In this document: positions 1 through 10,331 of the stretch, piece after piece
How the letters are laid out: each line of letters starts with the position of its first letter
How positions within the stretch are numbered: position 1 is the stretch's first letter
NCBI RefSeq assembly: GCF_006345805.1
Contig: NW_021824773.1
Location: 1 to 17,744, forward strand
Direction: 5' to 3'
From: Octopus sinensis
Lineage: Eukaryota
Length of the DNA: 17,744 nucleotides
The notes under the pieces: generated by a model
The model's input: the letters and a program-made list of their open reading frames with translations, nothing else
What the model was told of the DNA's origin: nothing
Database searches by the model: none
Position numbers and translations under genes: made by a program

Positions 1-332
1 TTGGCATGCAGTGAATTATAAATTGCCAACATTTTCTAAATGTTGCAAAGTGTTTTATCCACTAAATTTGGATGGAACTGGAAGCATCTGTCAGGAATTC
101 TTCAACTGTATCAAAAAGTGAAGAACTTTCTAAATGTTCAGACATTATATGGAAACCGCATTTCCTCCAACGGGATCCAAGTGTTATCGATGATAAATAG
201 TACCGGAAAAATCAATGAGGGTTCAACGCCAAAGAACTTCAAATGTCGGAGTGGACTACCACTACGTGTGTGTATGTCGGTGTGTGTGTGCGTGTTGCAG
301 GGTGGGTAGATGTATTTGACACGCTGATTGAG

Positions 333-547
333 GTGTCAAATTTTGATACAAGGCTAACAATTTCGGAAGAAGAGGGTAAGTCGATCACATCGACCCTAGT
401 GCTCAACGGGTACCTGTTGTATCGACCCCGAAAAGGACGAAGGGCAAAGACAACCCTGGCAGAATTTGCAATCAGAACGTAAAGGCGGACGAAATACTGG
501 TAATCATATAGTCCGGCGCGATAACGATTCTACCCGCTCACAGCCTT
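333..547 (-). mobile_element. tRNA-derived SINE family A, diverged copy with type-2 tail
   Basis: The reverse complement reads AAGGCTGTGAGCGGGTAGAATCGTTATCGCGCCGGAC...TTACGTTCTGATTGCAAATTCTGCCAGGGTTGTCTTTGCCCTTCGTCCTTTTCGGGGTCGATAC. It is colinear with the SINE-A copies at 4886 and 10332. The tail AAATTGTTAGCCTTGTATCAAAATTTGA resembles the 10332 and 13425 tails. Confidence 0.8.
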
Positions 548-1166
548 AAAGTGAGGTCAAAATGTTAAATTCTACAAAGAACTTCAATTCAATCTCGCTC
601 TACTCCTTAGAGGTAAAATATCGTTCTTTATCATACCGCACATGTCATAACAAAGATATCATACAGATTATATCAGCATGAAACTAGCCCTGCTATCATA
701 TCCAAGAATAAGTTTAATTCGTTTACCAGCATTGACCGATTGGAAGTTACTACGGTTTACGAGTGAACACGTGATTCGTGATAACCAATGAAATAGTGAG
801 GCACCGACGATACCTTGCATAAGTTATCTTCAATTTATCAAACATCAATTTATAAATTATTGCAGAAGTTATGCTCTCTAACTGACTGTATCGGCGTAAG
901 CATAACGAATATAACTGTATATCACAAGTATTGAGTACTTTTCTTGTTTTTGTGATAAATAATGTGCATATATATATATATATTCTTTATAATATAAATG
1001 TAGAATATAGAATACATAGTATAAATAGTATATATATAGTACAATGAAATGAAGTATTGATTGTCTTATTGAATAGATGAAATATTGAATATCAAATATT
1101 AGGGGACTAGTATACTTTCTTGCATTTAAGCAGTCTTCAAGGTTCCAGGTTGTGATAGGAGTGTTT

Positions 1167-1168
<2 letters not shown>

Positions 1169-1210
<42 letters not shown>

Positions 1211-1406
1211 GCGCGTGTTTGAGTGTGTGGCGTATGTATGTATGTATAATAATATATATTCCCTTTTTTATAGATTTGTACCATTGATAAGCAAAAGAAT
1301 TGTCGAAACTAGTGTAGTATATGAATAATCTATTTAAAAACGACTGTACGTTTTCCAGATTCAGTTTTATTTTCAAAATTCAAACACAAAAAAAAACAAA
1401 ATATAT

Positions 1407-1458
<52 letters not shown>

Positions 1459-1477
1459 ATATATATATATATATATA
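1169..1477. repeat. two (TA)n microsatellites (1169-1209, 1411-1477)
   Basis: Directly visible dinucleotide runs. Confidence 0.95.
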
Positions 1478-1483
1478 GATTCT

Positions 1484-1770
1484 AAAGACTCCGCCGGTTA
1501 CGATAGGGTCCCATATGATACGATCAACGACAGCTGCTCGTGAATTAACGTGCAAATGGCTGAGCATTCCACAGACACGTGTACCCTTACGTAGTTCTCG
1601 ATAATAGCGTGACACAGAGAGTGACAAGCTGACCCTTTGAATACAAGTACAACTCATTTTTGCCAGCTGAGTGGACTATAAATAAAGTGTCTTGCTCAGG
1701 ACACAACGCGTACCGGAATCGAATCACAACCTTATCATAGCCGAATGCTAAAACTAAGCCACGCGCCCTC
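1484..1770 (-). mobile_element. tRNA-derived SINE family B (CORE-like domain), deletion-rich full-length copy
   Basis: The reverse complement is colinear with 8652-8974 from GAGGGCGCGTGGCTTAG to GTAACCGGCGGAGTCTTT, with many small deletions. Confidence 0.9.
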
Positions 1771-1893
1771 ACATATTAATAAATAACCTCTATTAGCAAT
1801 TCATAAGAAAAAAATTAAATTACTATATAAATATTTTCCCCAAAAATCAATAAATAAATAAACATTAAATTGACTACGCACTAAAATATCCCT

Positions 1894-1919
1894 ATTATCA
1901 TTATCATTATTATTATATT

Positions 1920-1959
<40 letters not shown>

Positions 1960-2036
1960 CATATATATTATATATATATATAGAGAGAGAGAGAGAGATA
2001 GAGAAAGAGAAAGAGATGCATATACATTTATATATG
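1894..2036. repeat. compound (ATT)n/(TA)n/(GA)n microsatellite
   Basis: Directly visible. Confidence 0.9.
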
Positions 2037-2055
2037 TGTCTTCTTGAAAATGTTC

Positions 2056-2240
2056 ATCACCGCCAGTGAGGGCCGGTGTTGGTTTGTTTGCGTCACCGTA
2101 ATTTTGCGGTTCGTCGAAAGAATCCGCACGATGTTTAAGAAATAAGGACTGGAGTGGATCTGTCCACCTAAAGAGTTCGAGGTGGTGCCCCAGCATGGCC
2201 GCAGTCCACTGAATGAAACAAGCAAAAGACAAAGAGTCAA
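2056..2240 (+). mobile_element. SINE family C 3' half, diverged
   Basis: CCGGTGTTGGTTTGTTTGCGTCACCGTAATTTTGCGGTTCG...GGTGGTGCCCCAGCATGGCCGCAGTCCACTGAATGAAACAAGCAAAAGA matches 8446-8624. Confidence 0.8.
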
Positions 2241-2249
2241 AGTTACATA

Positions 2250-2705
2250 AAATATACGTGTACATATACATACATACATATGTATACATATATACACACA
2301 CAATATATATATATATATGTGTGTGTATGTGTGTGAGTGTGTGTGTATGTGTGTATGTATGTGTGTGCGTGTATGTGTGTGTGTGATGTGCACACACACA
2401 TATACACATATACACATATGTATTAATATGTCACGTGTCCCTTTGTATTTAAGCAGGGGCTTATATCCGTACGTACGTGCACAGTAACATCGTACGTCCC
2501 ACGTATACACCGGCAGCAAAGCACATGCATACACATACACACCAGCACACGCGTTTAGGAATACACACACACACACACACACCACACACATGTCCACATA
2601 CGGATACATATAATTGTACGTGTGTGTGTGTGTGGTGAGTAAATATGTATGTATGTATGTATGCGTGTGCATGTATACGTATGCGTACGTGTGTGTTGTG
2701 TGTAT
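2250..2705. repeat. degenerate (CA)/(TG)/(TA)/(TATG) microsatellite tract
   Basis: Directly visible; source of the HT/CV-rich spurious ORFs. Confidence 0.85.
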
Positions 2706-2944
2706 GATGTAACTTTAGGGTTTAAATGGGTCTAAGCTTTGGCAAGTCCTCAAATCTCCTGAGCTAAACTTCCTTTTCATATGAAAATTTCGCTGGCTCC
2801 ATGCCCAACAGTGGAACCGTTCCATCACACACGTTTTAATGGTACGGTGGAGACACGGCCGCCATTAGTGCGCTAAACTCACGATGCGCTCCTTAGTTCT
2901 TTCTCTATCTTTAACCCTCTCTCCTCTGTCTCTTTCTCTTTCTG

Positions 2945-2977
2945 CATACATTCATACATAAATACTTACACACGTAC

Positions 2978-3056
<79 letters not shown>

Positions 3057-3241
3057 ACATATATTATGTTTAATATATATATGTATATAAATATATATAT
3101 ATGATTATATATAATTTTTATGATGTACAAATGTATATATTTATATACACATAACGTACATATAAACGTATAATTACATTGATGTATATGTAAAGGTAGA
3201 TGTATATTTACACACACATACACATGCATACACACACACAT

Positions 3242-3276
<35 letters not shown>

Positions 3277-3665
3277 ATATATATACATATATATGCCTAC
3301 ATACATATATGATATGAAGATGAAGGAGGGAGAGAGTAAAAGAAAGAATGCGAGAACGAAAGAAAGAATAAAAGAAAAGGGTGGAAGACAGGAAGGAAGA
3401 AGGAACGAGAGAGAGAGAGAGAGAGAAAGAAATGGAGAACAACATAAGAGACAAGTAAGGAAGCCGACATTGTTTGTAGAATAAAGATAGGCAAGACACG
3501 AAAATGTAAAACATAGAACTTGCATATTTTTCCTTTCGTATTTGTAGATCTCAAATATATATCAATTGATGTTTCTCAACACACACACACATACACACAC
3601 GCACACACAAACACGCATATACATACACACATATATATATACGTGTGTGTGTATATATATATGTA

Positions 3666-3697
<32 letters not shown>

Positions 3698-3939
3698 CAC
3701 CCACACAAACACATATGTAAGGACGTATTATTAATAATTCAATAATTCGCAGAATGTTGAATTTTTCACGAACCTTTTAAGTGCGGCGTCTTTAATTGTC
3801 AAATTTTTAAATGTAGATGTTATGATATAGCTACACCAATATCTATGAATCTATCTGTTTATGTACGTGTGTATCTATGGCTGTATGCGTGTACGTAAGT
3901 ATGTATGTGTGTTTGTATGTATGTATGTATCTATCTATC

Positions 3940-3984
<45 letters not shown>

Positions 3985-4062
3985 AACCTTTCTATCTTTT
4001 TGTGCATTGGTCCATTTTACCCTACCGTCTCTCTATCTACATATATACATAATACATACATA

Positions 4063-4115
<53 letters not shown>

Positions 4116-4187
4116 GTACATATAAAGCATGTATATGAATATATATACATTTATACATACGCACATACACATATGTATGCATATAAT

Positions 4188-4218
<31 letters not shown>

Positions 4219-4298
4219 ATTTAAAAATAGGATAAATCTTTATAAGAATTTATCAAATAGCGTGAAAAACATAATAGAAAAAACATCAAATTATCTCT

Positions 4299-4342
<44 letters not shown>

Positions 4343-4369
4343 CGTGTGTGTGTCTGTGTCTGTGTGTCT

Positions 4370-4415
<46 letters not shown>

Positions 4416-4430
4416 ATGTGTGTGTGTGTG
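2945..4430. repeat. microsatellite-dense region: (TA)n 2980-3052, purine-rich/(GA)n 3320-3430, (CA)n 3580-3716, (TATC)n 3930-3983, (TA)n 4068-4113, (TG)n 4345-4430
   Basis: Directly visible simple repeats separated by short AT-rich unique spacers. Confidence 0.85.
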
Positions 4431-4885
4431 TCCAAATGTTTGCATTCGTGTATGAATGGATGTATTTTGTATGTACACTATATATAAACGAGATCAGATT
4501 TCTGAACAATGTGTCACCTTGTGCTCTCATTTATTACATTTATGTCAGCATACAAACCAGAATTGTCGCGAAAATGTTTAATAGCAGCTTAGAATTATAA
4601 AAATAGCATTTAAAAACTCTATTCCCAAATGTCTAATAGTCAGGCTACTGTAACTTCCCAACTTAAAAATAGCTTTGGAATATCACACCAATTCTCAAAA
4701 ATGATAACCTAGAACTTCCAAGCAGCAGGTTACGGTGACCGGTTGAAAAAATATATATTGTGAAACACCAAAGCAGAGGCGTGGCTCCTTTGTAAAACGT
4801 TTGTTTCTCAAACACGTGGTATTGTATGAGAATATGTGTGTAATTTTGTTTGGTTTTAAGCCAAATTATGATATTTTTCTACAGT

Positions 4886-5560
4886 AAGGCGGCGAGCTGA
4901 CAGAAACGTGAGAGCGCTGGGCGAAATGCTTAGCAGTATTCGTCTGTCTTTACGTTCTGAATCCACCGAGGTCGACTTTGCCTTTCATCCTTTCGGGTTT
5001 GATAAATTGAGTACCAGTTACGCATTGGGGTCAATGTAATCAACTTCATCCCTTTGTCTGTCCTTGTTTGGCTCCTTGTGGGCAATAAAGAAATAAGAAA
5101 AGTTAGCACGTCGAGCGGAATGCTTAGCGGTATTTCATCTGCGTTACGTTGTGAGTTCAAATTCCGCCGAGGTCGACTTTGCCTTTCATCCTTTCGGGTT
5201 TGATAAATTGAGTACCAGTTACGCATTGGGGTCAATGTAATCAACTTCATCCCTTTGTCTGTCCTTGTTTGGCTCCTTGTGGGCAATAAAGAAATAAGAA
5301 AAGTTAGCACGTCGAGCGGAATGCTTAGCGGTATTTCATCTGCGTTACGTTGTGAGTTCAAATTCCGCCGAGGTCGACTTTGCCTTTCATCCTTTCGGGG
5401 TCGATAAATTAAGTACCAGTTACGAACTGGGGTCGATGTAATCGACTTAATACCTATGTCTGTCCTTGTTTGTTCCCTCTGTGTTTAGCCCCTTGTGGGT
5501 AATAAATAAATAGGTATTTCATCTGCTTTATGTTCTGAGTTGAAATTCTGCCGAGGTCGA
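4886..5560 (+). mobile_element. tandem array of SINE family A units (one with full head, three head-truncated) with type-1 tail
   Basis: The head AAGGCGGCGAGCTGACAGAAACG carries an A-box-like motif, and later units carry the B-box GAGTTCAAATTCC. The core GAGGTCGACTTTGCCTTTCATCCTTTCGGG recurs, with GTCGA at 4971, 5172, 5373 and 5556. Confidence 0.9.
4966..5399 (+). repeat. exact 201-bp tandem duplication within the SINE-A array
   Basis: 4966-5198 is identical by eye to 5167-5399. The antisense ORF 4930..5361 shows the corresponding 67-aa repeat. Confidence 0.93.
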
Positions 5561-6707
5561 AATATACACCATCAGAATCAACACACTTTTCTCAACGCGA
5601 AACAAGTTTATTTATGCCAGTGACGTAAACGTCCTGCGTTCTGGTAGCGATGAAATCGTTGAAGGCGTGTTTGGCATCGTCATGGATTTTCAAGCACTTC
5701 TCACGCAGGAAGTTGTCGAGATGCTTGAAAAAGTGGTAGTCGGTAGGCGAGAGGTTTGGTGAGTATGGCGGATGAGACAGAATTTCGTAGGTCAATTCGT
5801 TCAACTTCTGCAGGGTCAGTTGTGCGACGTGCGGCCGAGCGTTGTCGTGGAGAAGAATTGGTCCTTTTCTATTGACCAATGCTGGCTGCTGTTGTCGGAG
5901 TTTCTTATGCATTACATCGATTTGCTGACAGTACTTCTCCGCCGTAATGGTTTCGCCTGGATCGAAAAAGCTGTGATGGATGAGACCGGCCGCAGACCAC
6001 CAAACAGTCACCATGATCTTCTTGTGGTGCAACTTTGGCTTCTGGAAGTGCCGTTGAGCTCCGTCGGCGTCCAGCCACTGAGCTGAGTCGCCGGTTGTCG
6101 TAAAGAATCCACTTTTCATCGCAAGTGACAATCTGGTTGAGAAACGGGTCGTTCTTGTTGCGTAAAAGAAGGGAAGATGACACTTGAAAACAGCATTTTG
6201 TTTTTGGTTGTCGTTCAATTTGTGCGGCACCCATTTCTCAAGAACTTTTGTGTTTCAAGTCTCTTTCAAGTGGTTGGAAATTGACGTAAACCTTACGTCT
6301 AATTCAGAAGCAAGCTCTCGAACAGTTGTACGTGGAGTGGCTTCTACTAAGACTCTTAGTTAATCGTTGTCAACATCCGATGGCCGACTACTACGCTTAT
6401 CATCTTCAAGACTCTCGTCACCACTACGAAATTTCTTGAACTACCATTGTGCTGTACGTCCATTAATGGTTCCTGAGGCAAACCCATCGTTCATGTCGCA
6501 AGGTGTTTCAGCAGCTTTTCGGCCTAGCTTGAACTGGAATAAGAAAATTGCTTTTTGTCCACGATGCATTCAACGTTCCTGACAAAAATGGCCTTAAAAG
6601 GGCTTTAAAATGATATATAAAGTCAAAGTAATTTAACGAAAATTAATTTGAAAATACATAATTTAAAACCAAAATTAAACTTCCGCAAGAACTTTCTTGA
6701 CAACCTA

Positions 6708-6708
<1 letters not shown>
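5557..6708 (-). mobile_element. Tc1/mariner DD34D transposon (cecropia/Hsmar1-like); 5' TIR retained, 3' TIR lost
   Basis: The terminal sequence TTAGGTTGTCAAGAAAGTTCTTGCGGAA (6708-6681) resembles the Hsmar1-type TIR start TTAGGTTG. It encloses the transposase pseudogene. Confidence 0.9.
5560..6565 (-). pseudogene. mariner transposase pseudogene
   Basis: The translation spans several frames: FQFKLGRKAAET, W*FKKFRSGDESLED, WVPHKL, IVTCDEKWILYDN, KIMVTVWWSAAG, LLHDNARPH, HPPYSPNLSPTDYHFF (exactly 34 residues between the 2nd and 3rd D), GINKLVSR*EKCVDSDGVYF. It has several in-frame stops and frameshifts. Confidence 0.95.
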
Positions 6709-6748
<40 letters not shown>

Positions 6749-6781
6749 GCACACACATTCATATAGATATATACATGTACC

Positions 6782-6925
6782 AAGGGCTTTCAATTGGTTT
6801 CCTACAATCAAATTCTTTCACAATGGTCAGCCCTGGGCTATAGTAGAAGATACTTGGTCAAGGTAGTGCGCAAAGGGGCTGAACTCGAACCAACGTGGTT
6901 GCAGAGCGAATTTCATAAACACACA
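6782..6925 (-). mobile_element. SINE family C 5' half, diverged
   Basis: GGTCAGCCCTGGGCTATAGTAGAAGATACTTGGTCAAGGT...GGCTGAACTCGAACCAACGTGGTTG is colinear with 16546-16707. Confidence 0.7.
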
Positions 6926-7395
6926 TACATGCATGCATGAGCTTATATATAGTATTTTTCTGTTTAACATATACTGCATAGTATGCTTTTTCTCCATCCG
7001 TCTTTTGACAGCGACTGATGTTTTCCAGATAAAACTTCTTCATTAAATATAATGGCCAGCCAAAATACTGAACGAGCAGATCGTGAGGCAGCAAATTAAT
7101 TATTTGATGCTTAACATTGAATAAAGTCTTGTCCGATGTTTCCCTGGTTAATAATTAAATTCTCAAACGACTTGGAAGCAGTCCATAACATGGTACGGTA
7201 TCGTGTATAAATTTATGTACAGCAAAATGATCCTGTCACTTTAACGTGCTCAAATCCAAAAACACACAGATAAATGTTGTCCGCAATCAAATTAAGACGT
7301 CGTCTTTCCAGCAATGTTTTCACATAAAATACCATATAAATTAGTGAAATTCTTGAGAAGCTCCGATAAAATAAAATGCGATAGCGTCCTCCTCA

Positions 7396-7526
7396 GGCTC
7401 ATGTGTGGGTATGAGGTATGAAGTTTCCCTCCATATGTTTCCGGGTTCAGTCCCATTATATTATCAATTGCTGAGCAAAGATTTGTGGGTTGATTTTGGT
7501 ACACGGAAACGAACAGAAGACTTCGT
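7396..7526 (+). mobile_element. SINE family C 5' half (degenerate head of the copy that resumes at 8446)
   Basis: TTCCGGGTTCAGTCCCA is B-box-like. TTGTGGGTTGATTTTGGTACACGGAAACGAACAGAAGACTTCG matches the SINE-C segment just before its internal microsatellite. Confidence 0.7.
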
Positions 7527-7527
7527 A

Positions 7528-7617
<90 letters not shown>

Positions 7618-7640
7618 CCTATTTACCTATCTATCAATCA

Positions 7641-7679
<39 letters not shown>

Positions 7680-7809
7680 ATCTATCTATCTATCTCTATC
7701 TCTATCTCTATCTCTATCTCTATCTCTATCTCTATCTCTATCTCTATCTCTATCTCTATCTCTCTCACTAGACATATATACATATATACTTATATCTATC
7801 TATCTATCT
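7527..7809. repeat. (TATC)n followed by (TATCTC)n microsatellite
   Basis: Directly visible. Confidence 0.95.
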
Positions 7810-8281
7810 GGGTGAATGTAGCAAGGATGGCACGTATGAATGACGAAGCCACCTTGAGCATAATCCTATGAACCCAGAAATTGAAAACAGAGGGTTACCC
7901 ACTTGCAAACAAATGTGGTAACATATAACAATATTGACCAAGGTTACCGTGGTCTTTTTCGTAGGGTTTTCTTCCCACGGATAAACCTTACTTGCTTTCC
8001 CCTTTACACCATACATCATGACACTGTGATACACGATCCCTCTTGATCATTTTTTCCTCTTTCCCTTTTTTCCTCTTTTTTCTTCTTTTTTCATTTTTCT
8101 TTTCTTTTGTTCCTTTTCCCTTTTTTCTTTTTTTCTTTTCCCTTTCCTTTTTTTCCCCTTTTACGATCCCTTTTGATCGAAAACCTACGCTACGTTTTTT
8201 TTTCGTTCATCCCCCGAAAGAAAAGCTCTACCTTGTAACTTGTCCTATCTGTGTGCAGCCCTGTGTGGCCAATAAAGAAAC
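7809..8281 (+). mobile_element. 5'-truncated 3' end of a non-LTR retrotransposon, probably L1/Tx1 clade
   Basis: A unique block sits inside (TATC)n. It has a short ORF end ([20 protein letters not shown]), then a 3'UTR with a polypyrimidine tract (8049-8162), ending in AATAAAGAAA. It is flanked by a direct duplication. The clade assignment is inferred from the L1-like 3' architecture. Confidence 0.6.
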
Positions 8282-8445
8282 TTATCAATCTATCCACCTA
8301 TCTATCTATTAATCTATCAATCTATCTATCTCTATCTCTATCTCTCTCACTAGACATATATACATATATACTTATATCTATCTATTTATATTTATATATA
8401 TCTATCTACCTATCTTTCAAACTATTTGTCTATCTATCAATCTAT

Positions 8446-8624
8446 CTTGACAACCGATGGTGGTGTGTTTACCTCCCCGTAACTTAGTGGTTCGGCAAAA
8501 GAGACTGATAGAATAAGTACTAGACTTACGAAGAATAAGTCCTGGGGCCGATTTGCTCGACTAATGGAGGTGCTCCAGCATGGCCACAGTCGAATGACTG
8601 AAACAAGTATAAAAGTAGAAAGAG
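8446..8624 (+). mobile_element. SINE family C 3' half
   Basis: CTTGACAACCGATGGTGGTGTGTTTACCTCCCCGTAACTTAGTGGTTCGGCAAAAGAGACTGATAGAATAAGTAC...CTCCAGCATGGCCACAGTCGAATGACTGAAACAAG is colinear with the reverse complement of 16291-16440. Confidence 0.85.
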
Positions 8625-8651
8625 TATATATATATATATATATATATATAT

Positions 8652-8970
8652 GAGGGCGCGTGGCTTAGTGGTTAGGGCATTCGGCTCATGATCGTAAGGT
8701 TGTGAGTTCGATTCCCGGCGACGCGTTGTGTCCTTGAGCAAGACACTTTATTTCACGTTGCTCCAGTCCACTCAGCTGGCAAAAATGAGTCGTACTTGTA
8801 CTTCAAAGGGTCAGCCTTGTCACTCTCTGTGTCACGCTGATTATCCCCGAGAACTACGTTAAGGGTACACGTGTCTGTGGAATGGTCAGCCATTTGCACG
8901 TTAATTTCACGAGCAAGCTGTTCCGTTGATCGTATCAGCTGGGACCCTCGTCGTCGTAACCGGCGGAGTC

Positions 8971-8974
<4 letters not shown>
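8652..8974 (+). mobile_element. tRNA-derived SINE family B (CORE-like), full-length, inserted in (TA)n
   Basis: It has the Pol III A-box TGGCTTAGTGG, the B-box GTTCGATTCC, and then the CORE-like TGTGTCCTTGAGCAAGACACTT. A second copy lies at 1484-1770. (TA)n is present on both sides. Confidence 0.92.
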
Positions 8975-9009
<35 letters not shown>

Positions 9010-9294
9010 ATACCCATGCGTAGATTTTGATGAGAAACCTGTTACCGTATTGGAATTATAAATGTATATTCCTAATCTTCGCTGCATTTGCTTACGTATC
9101 GATATGATATCTATCTCAGCAATAACCACAAGAAGTTACAATTTACAAAGCGGATGCTGGACGCAGTTAAATGCGAAATTATAATTACTAGTCAATAATG
9201 AACTTGTGACGATATGGAAAGCAGCTGAGAATCTTAACGTGTCTCACATAAACTTGGATTTCTCTACAAATTTATGTATTTACACAATGCACAC

Positions 9295-9347
9295 TTACAT
9301 ACATACATACATATGTATGCTCATATACACAAGCACACATTGACAAA

Positions 9348-9409
<62 letters not shown>

Positions 9410-9431
9410 CTAGTGTGTGTTTGTGTGTGTG
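9295..9431. repeat. (TACA)n and (GT)n microsatellites
   Basis: Directly visible. Confidence 0.9.
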
Positions 9432-9666
9432 CGTATTTTCACATTCCGGAATGTTTGCTTAACACCTTTTATACTGCCTTCCTGTATCGTGTTAATGAAC
9501 TCAAATAGCAGACCTTCAGGAACTGCCGTTGTCCTCCTCCTCCCTCTTCACCTTCTTTTTCTTCTGCTATTTCTACCCTCCTATGTCTCCTCCAACTCCC
9601 CCTCCTCCTCTTCCTCCTCTTCCTACTACTACTACTACTATTTTCATTATTATCATTATTATTATT

Positions 9667-10214
9667 GAGTGAGAGAGCAGTGCATGCCATCAAAGTGACA
9701 CTGGGGTAAAATATACGAAGCCCAATATACCCATCATGACTACCCGTCTGATAAAGGTACACCAGGCACATGCATCACAACCATATGTGCGCGACATGGT
9801 GATCTCATATCAAGATAAACAGTATATGACCTTGCAGGTGGGGCCCAGTTAGAATTTTCTTCGGGTCGAGTAGCCCACTGCATCCAAAAGATCCCAGGAT
9901 TAGGGTTGTGTAAGGATGATGAACAAAACACCCATGCTTGCAGAGGCGAATTATTCAAACCCCGAAGAACTCCTCTCGGCTATGATGCTCCTCCACTACT
10001 TCTGCTCGTGATCAGAGATGCACATATCGTCAGCCACTAAGGGACATGTTCAACTGGTTAAGGTCAAACAACTGACGAGCAAATCTGTGGTATTGAGCAG
10101 AATATTTGCTGTAGCCCATCTTTTATACCAAGACAAAACAATGTACATGATAACACTTCCAATCAGTTAAGATCAGAAGCCACGAGAGCCACTACCTGGT
10201 ACTGCATCAGGGCA
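9667..10214 (-). mobile_element. ~548-bp non-coding interspersed element in (TAA)n, copy 1
   Basis: It is colinear with the reverse complement of 15001-15536. Both edges meet trinucleotide repeats sharply. No TIRs, Pol III boxes or credible ORF were found. The orientation is inferred from the (AAT)n tail and the truncation of copy 2. Confidence 0.85.
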
Positions 10215-10247
10215 TCATCATCATCATCATCATCATTATTATTATTA

Positions 10248-10304
<57 letters not shown>

Positions 10305-10331
10305 GTAGTAGTAGTAGTAGTAGTAGTAGTA

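Noticed and set aside
1-309. 89-aa ORF and other frames at the window start
   Set aside because: No recognisable motif in any frame and the ORF ends in a (TG)n repeat. It could be an old element or exon but cannot be supported.
1137-4600. Many ORFs rich in YI, HT, CV, LS or IYLS repeats
   Set aside because: They are translations of (TA), (CA), (GA) and (TATC) microsatellites, open on both strands and with no domain content.
4777-4822. Possible very degenerate SINE-C head (GGCGTGGCTC...TTTGTTTCTCAAACACGTGGT)
   Set aside because: Too short and too diverged to call.
4930-5361. 143-aa ORF with a 67-aa internal repeat; also a CRISPR-like periodicity
   Set aside because: It is an antisense read-through of a duplicated SINE unit. 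The 201-bp units are wholly identical, with no unique spacers and no cas genes.
5592-6234. Possible SETMAR or functional transposase gene
   Set aside because: There is no SET domain, and the sequence has multiple stops and frameshifts, so it is a dead mariner copy.
8652-8725. Possible tRNA gene
   Set aside because: It has A and B boxes but no clean acceptor stem, continues into a SINE body, and has a second dispersed copy.
10020-10110. CTGACGA motifs suggesting a hammerhead ribozyme (also about 15167, and CTGATGA at about 16809 minus)
   Set aside because: None is followed by a stem II and GAAA core, and the 10072 motif reads CTGACAA in the other copy.
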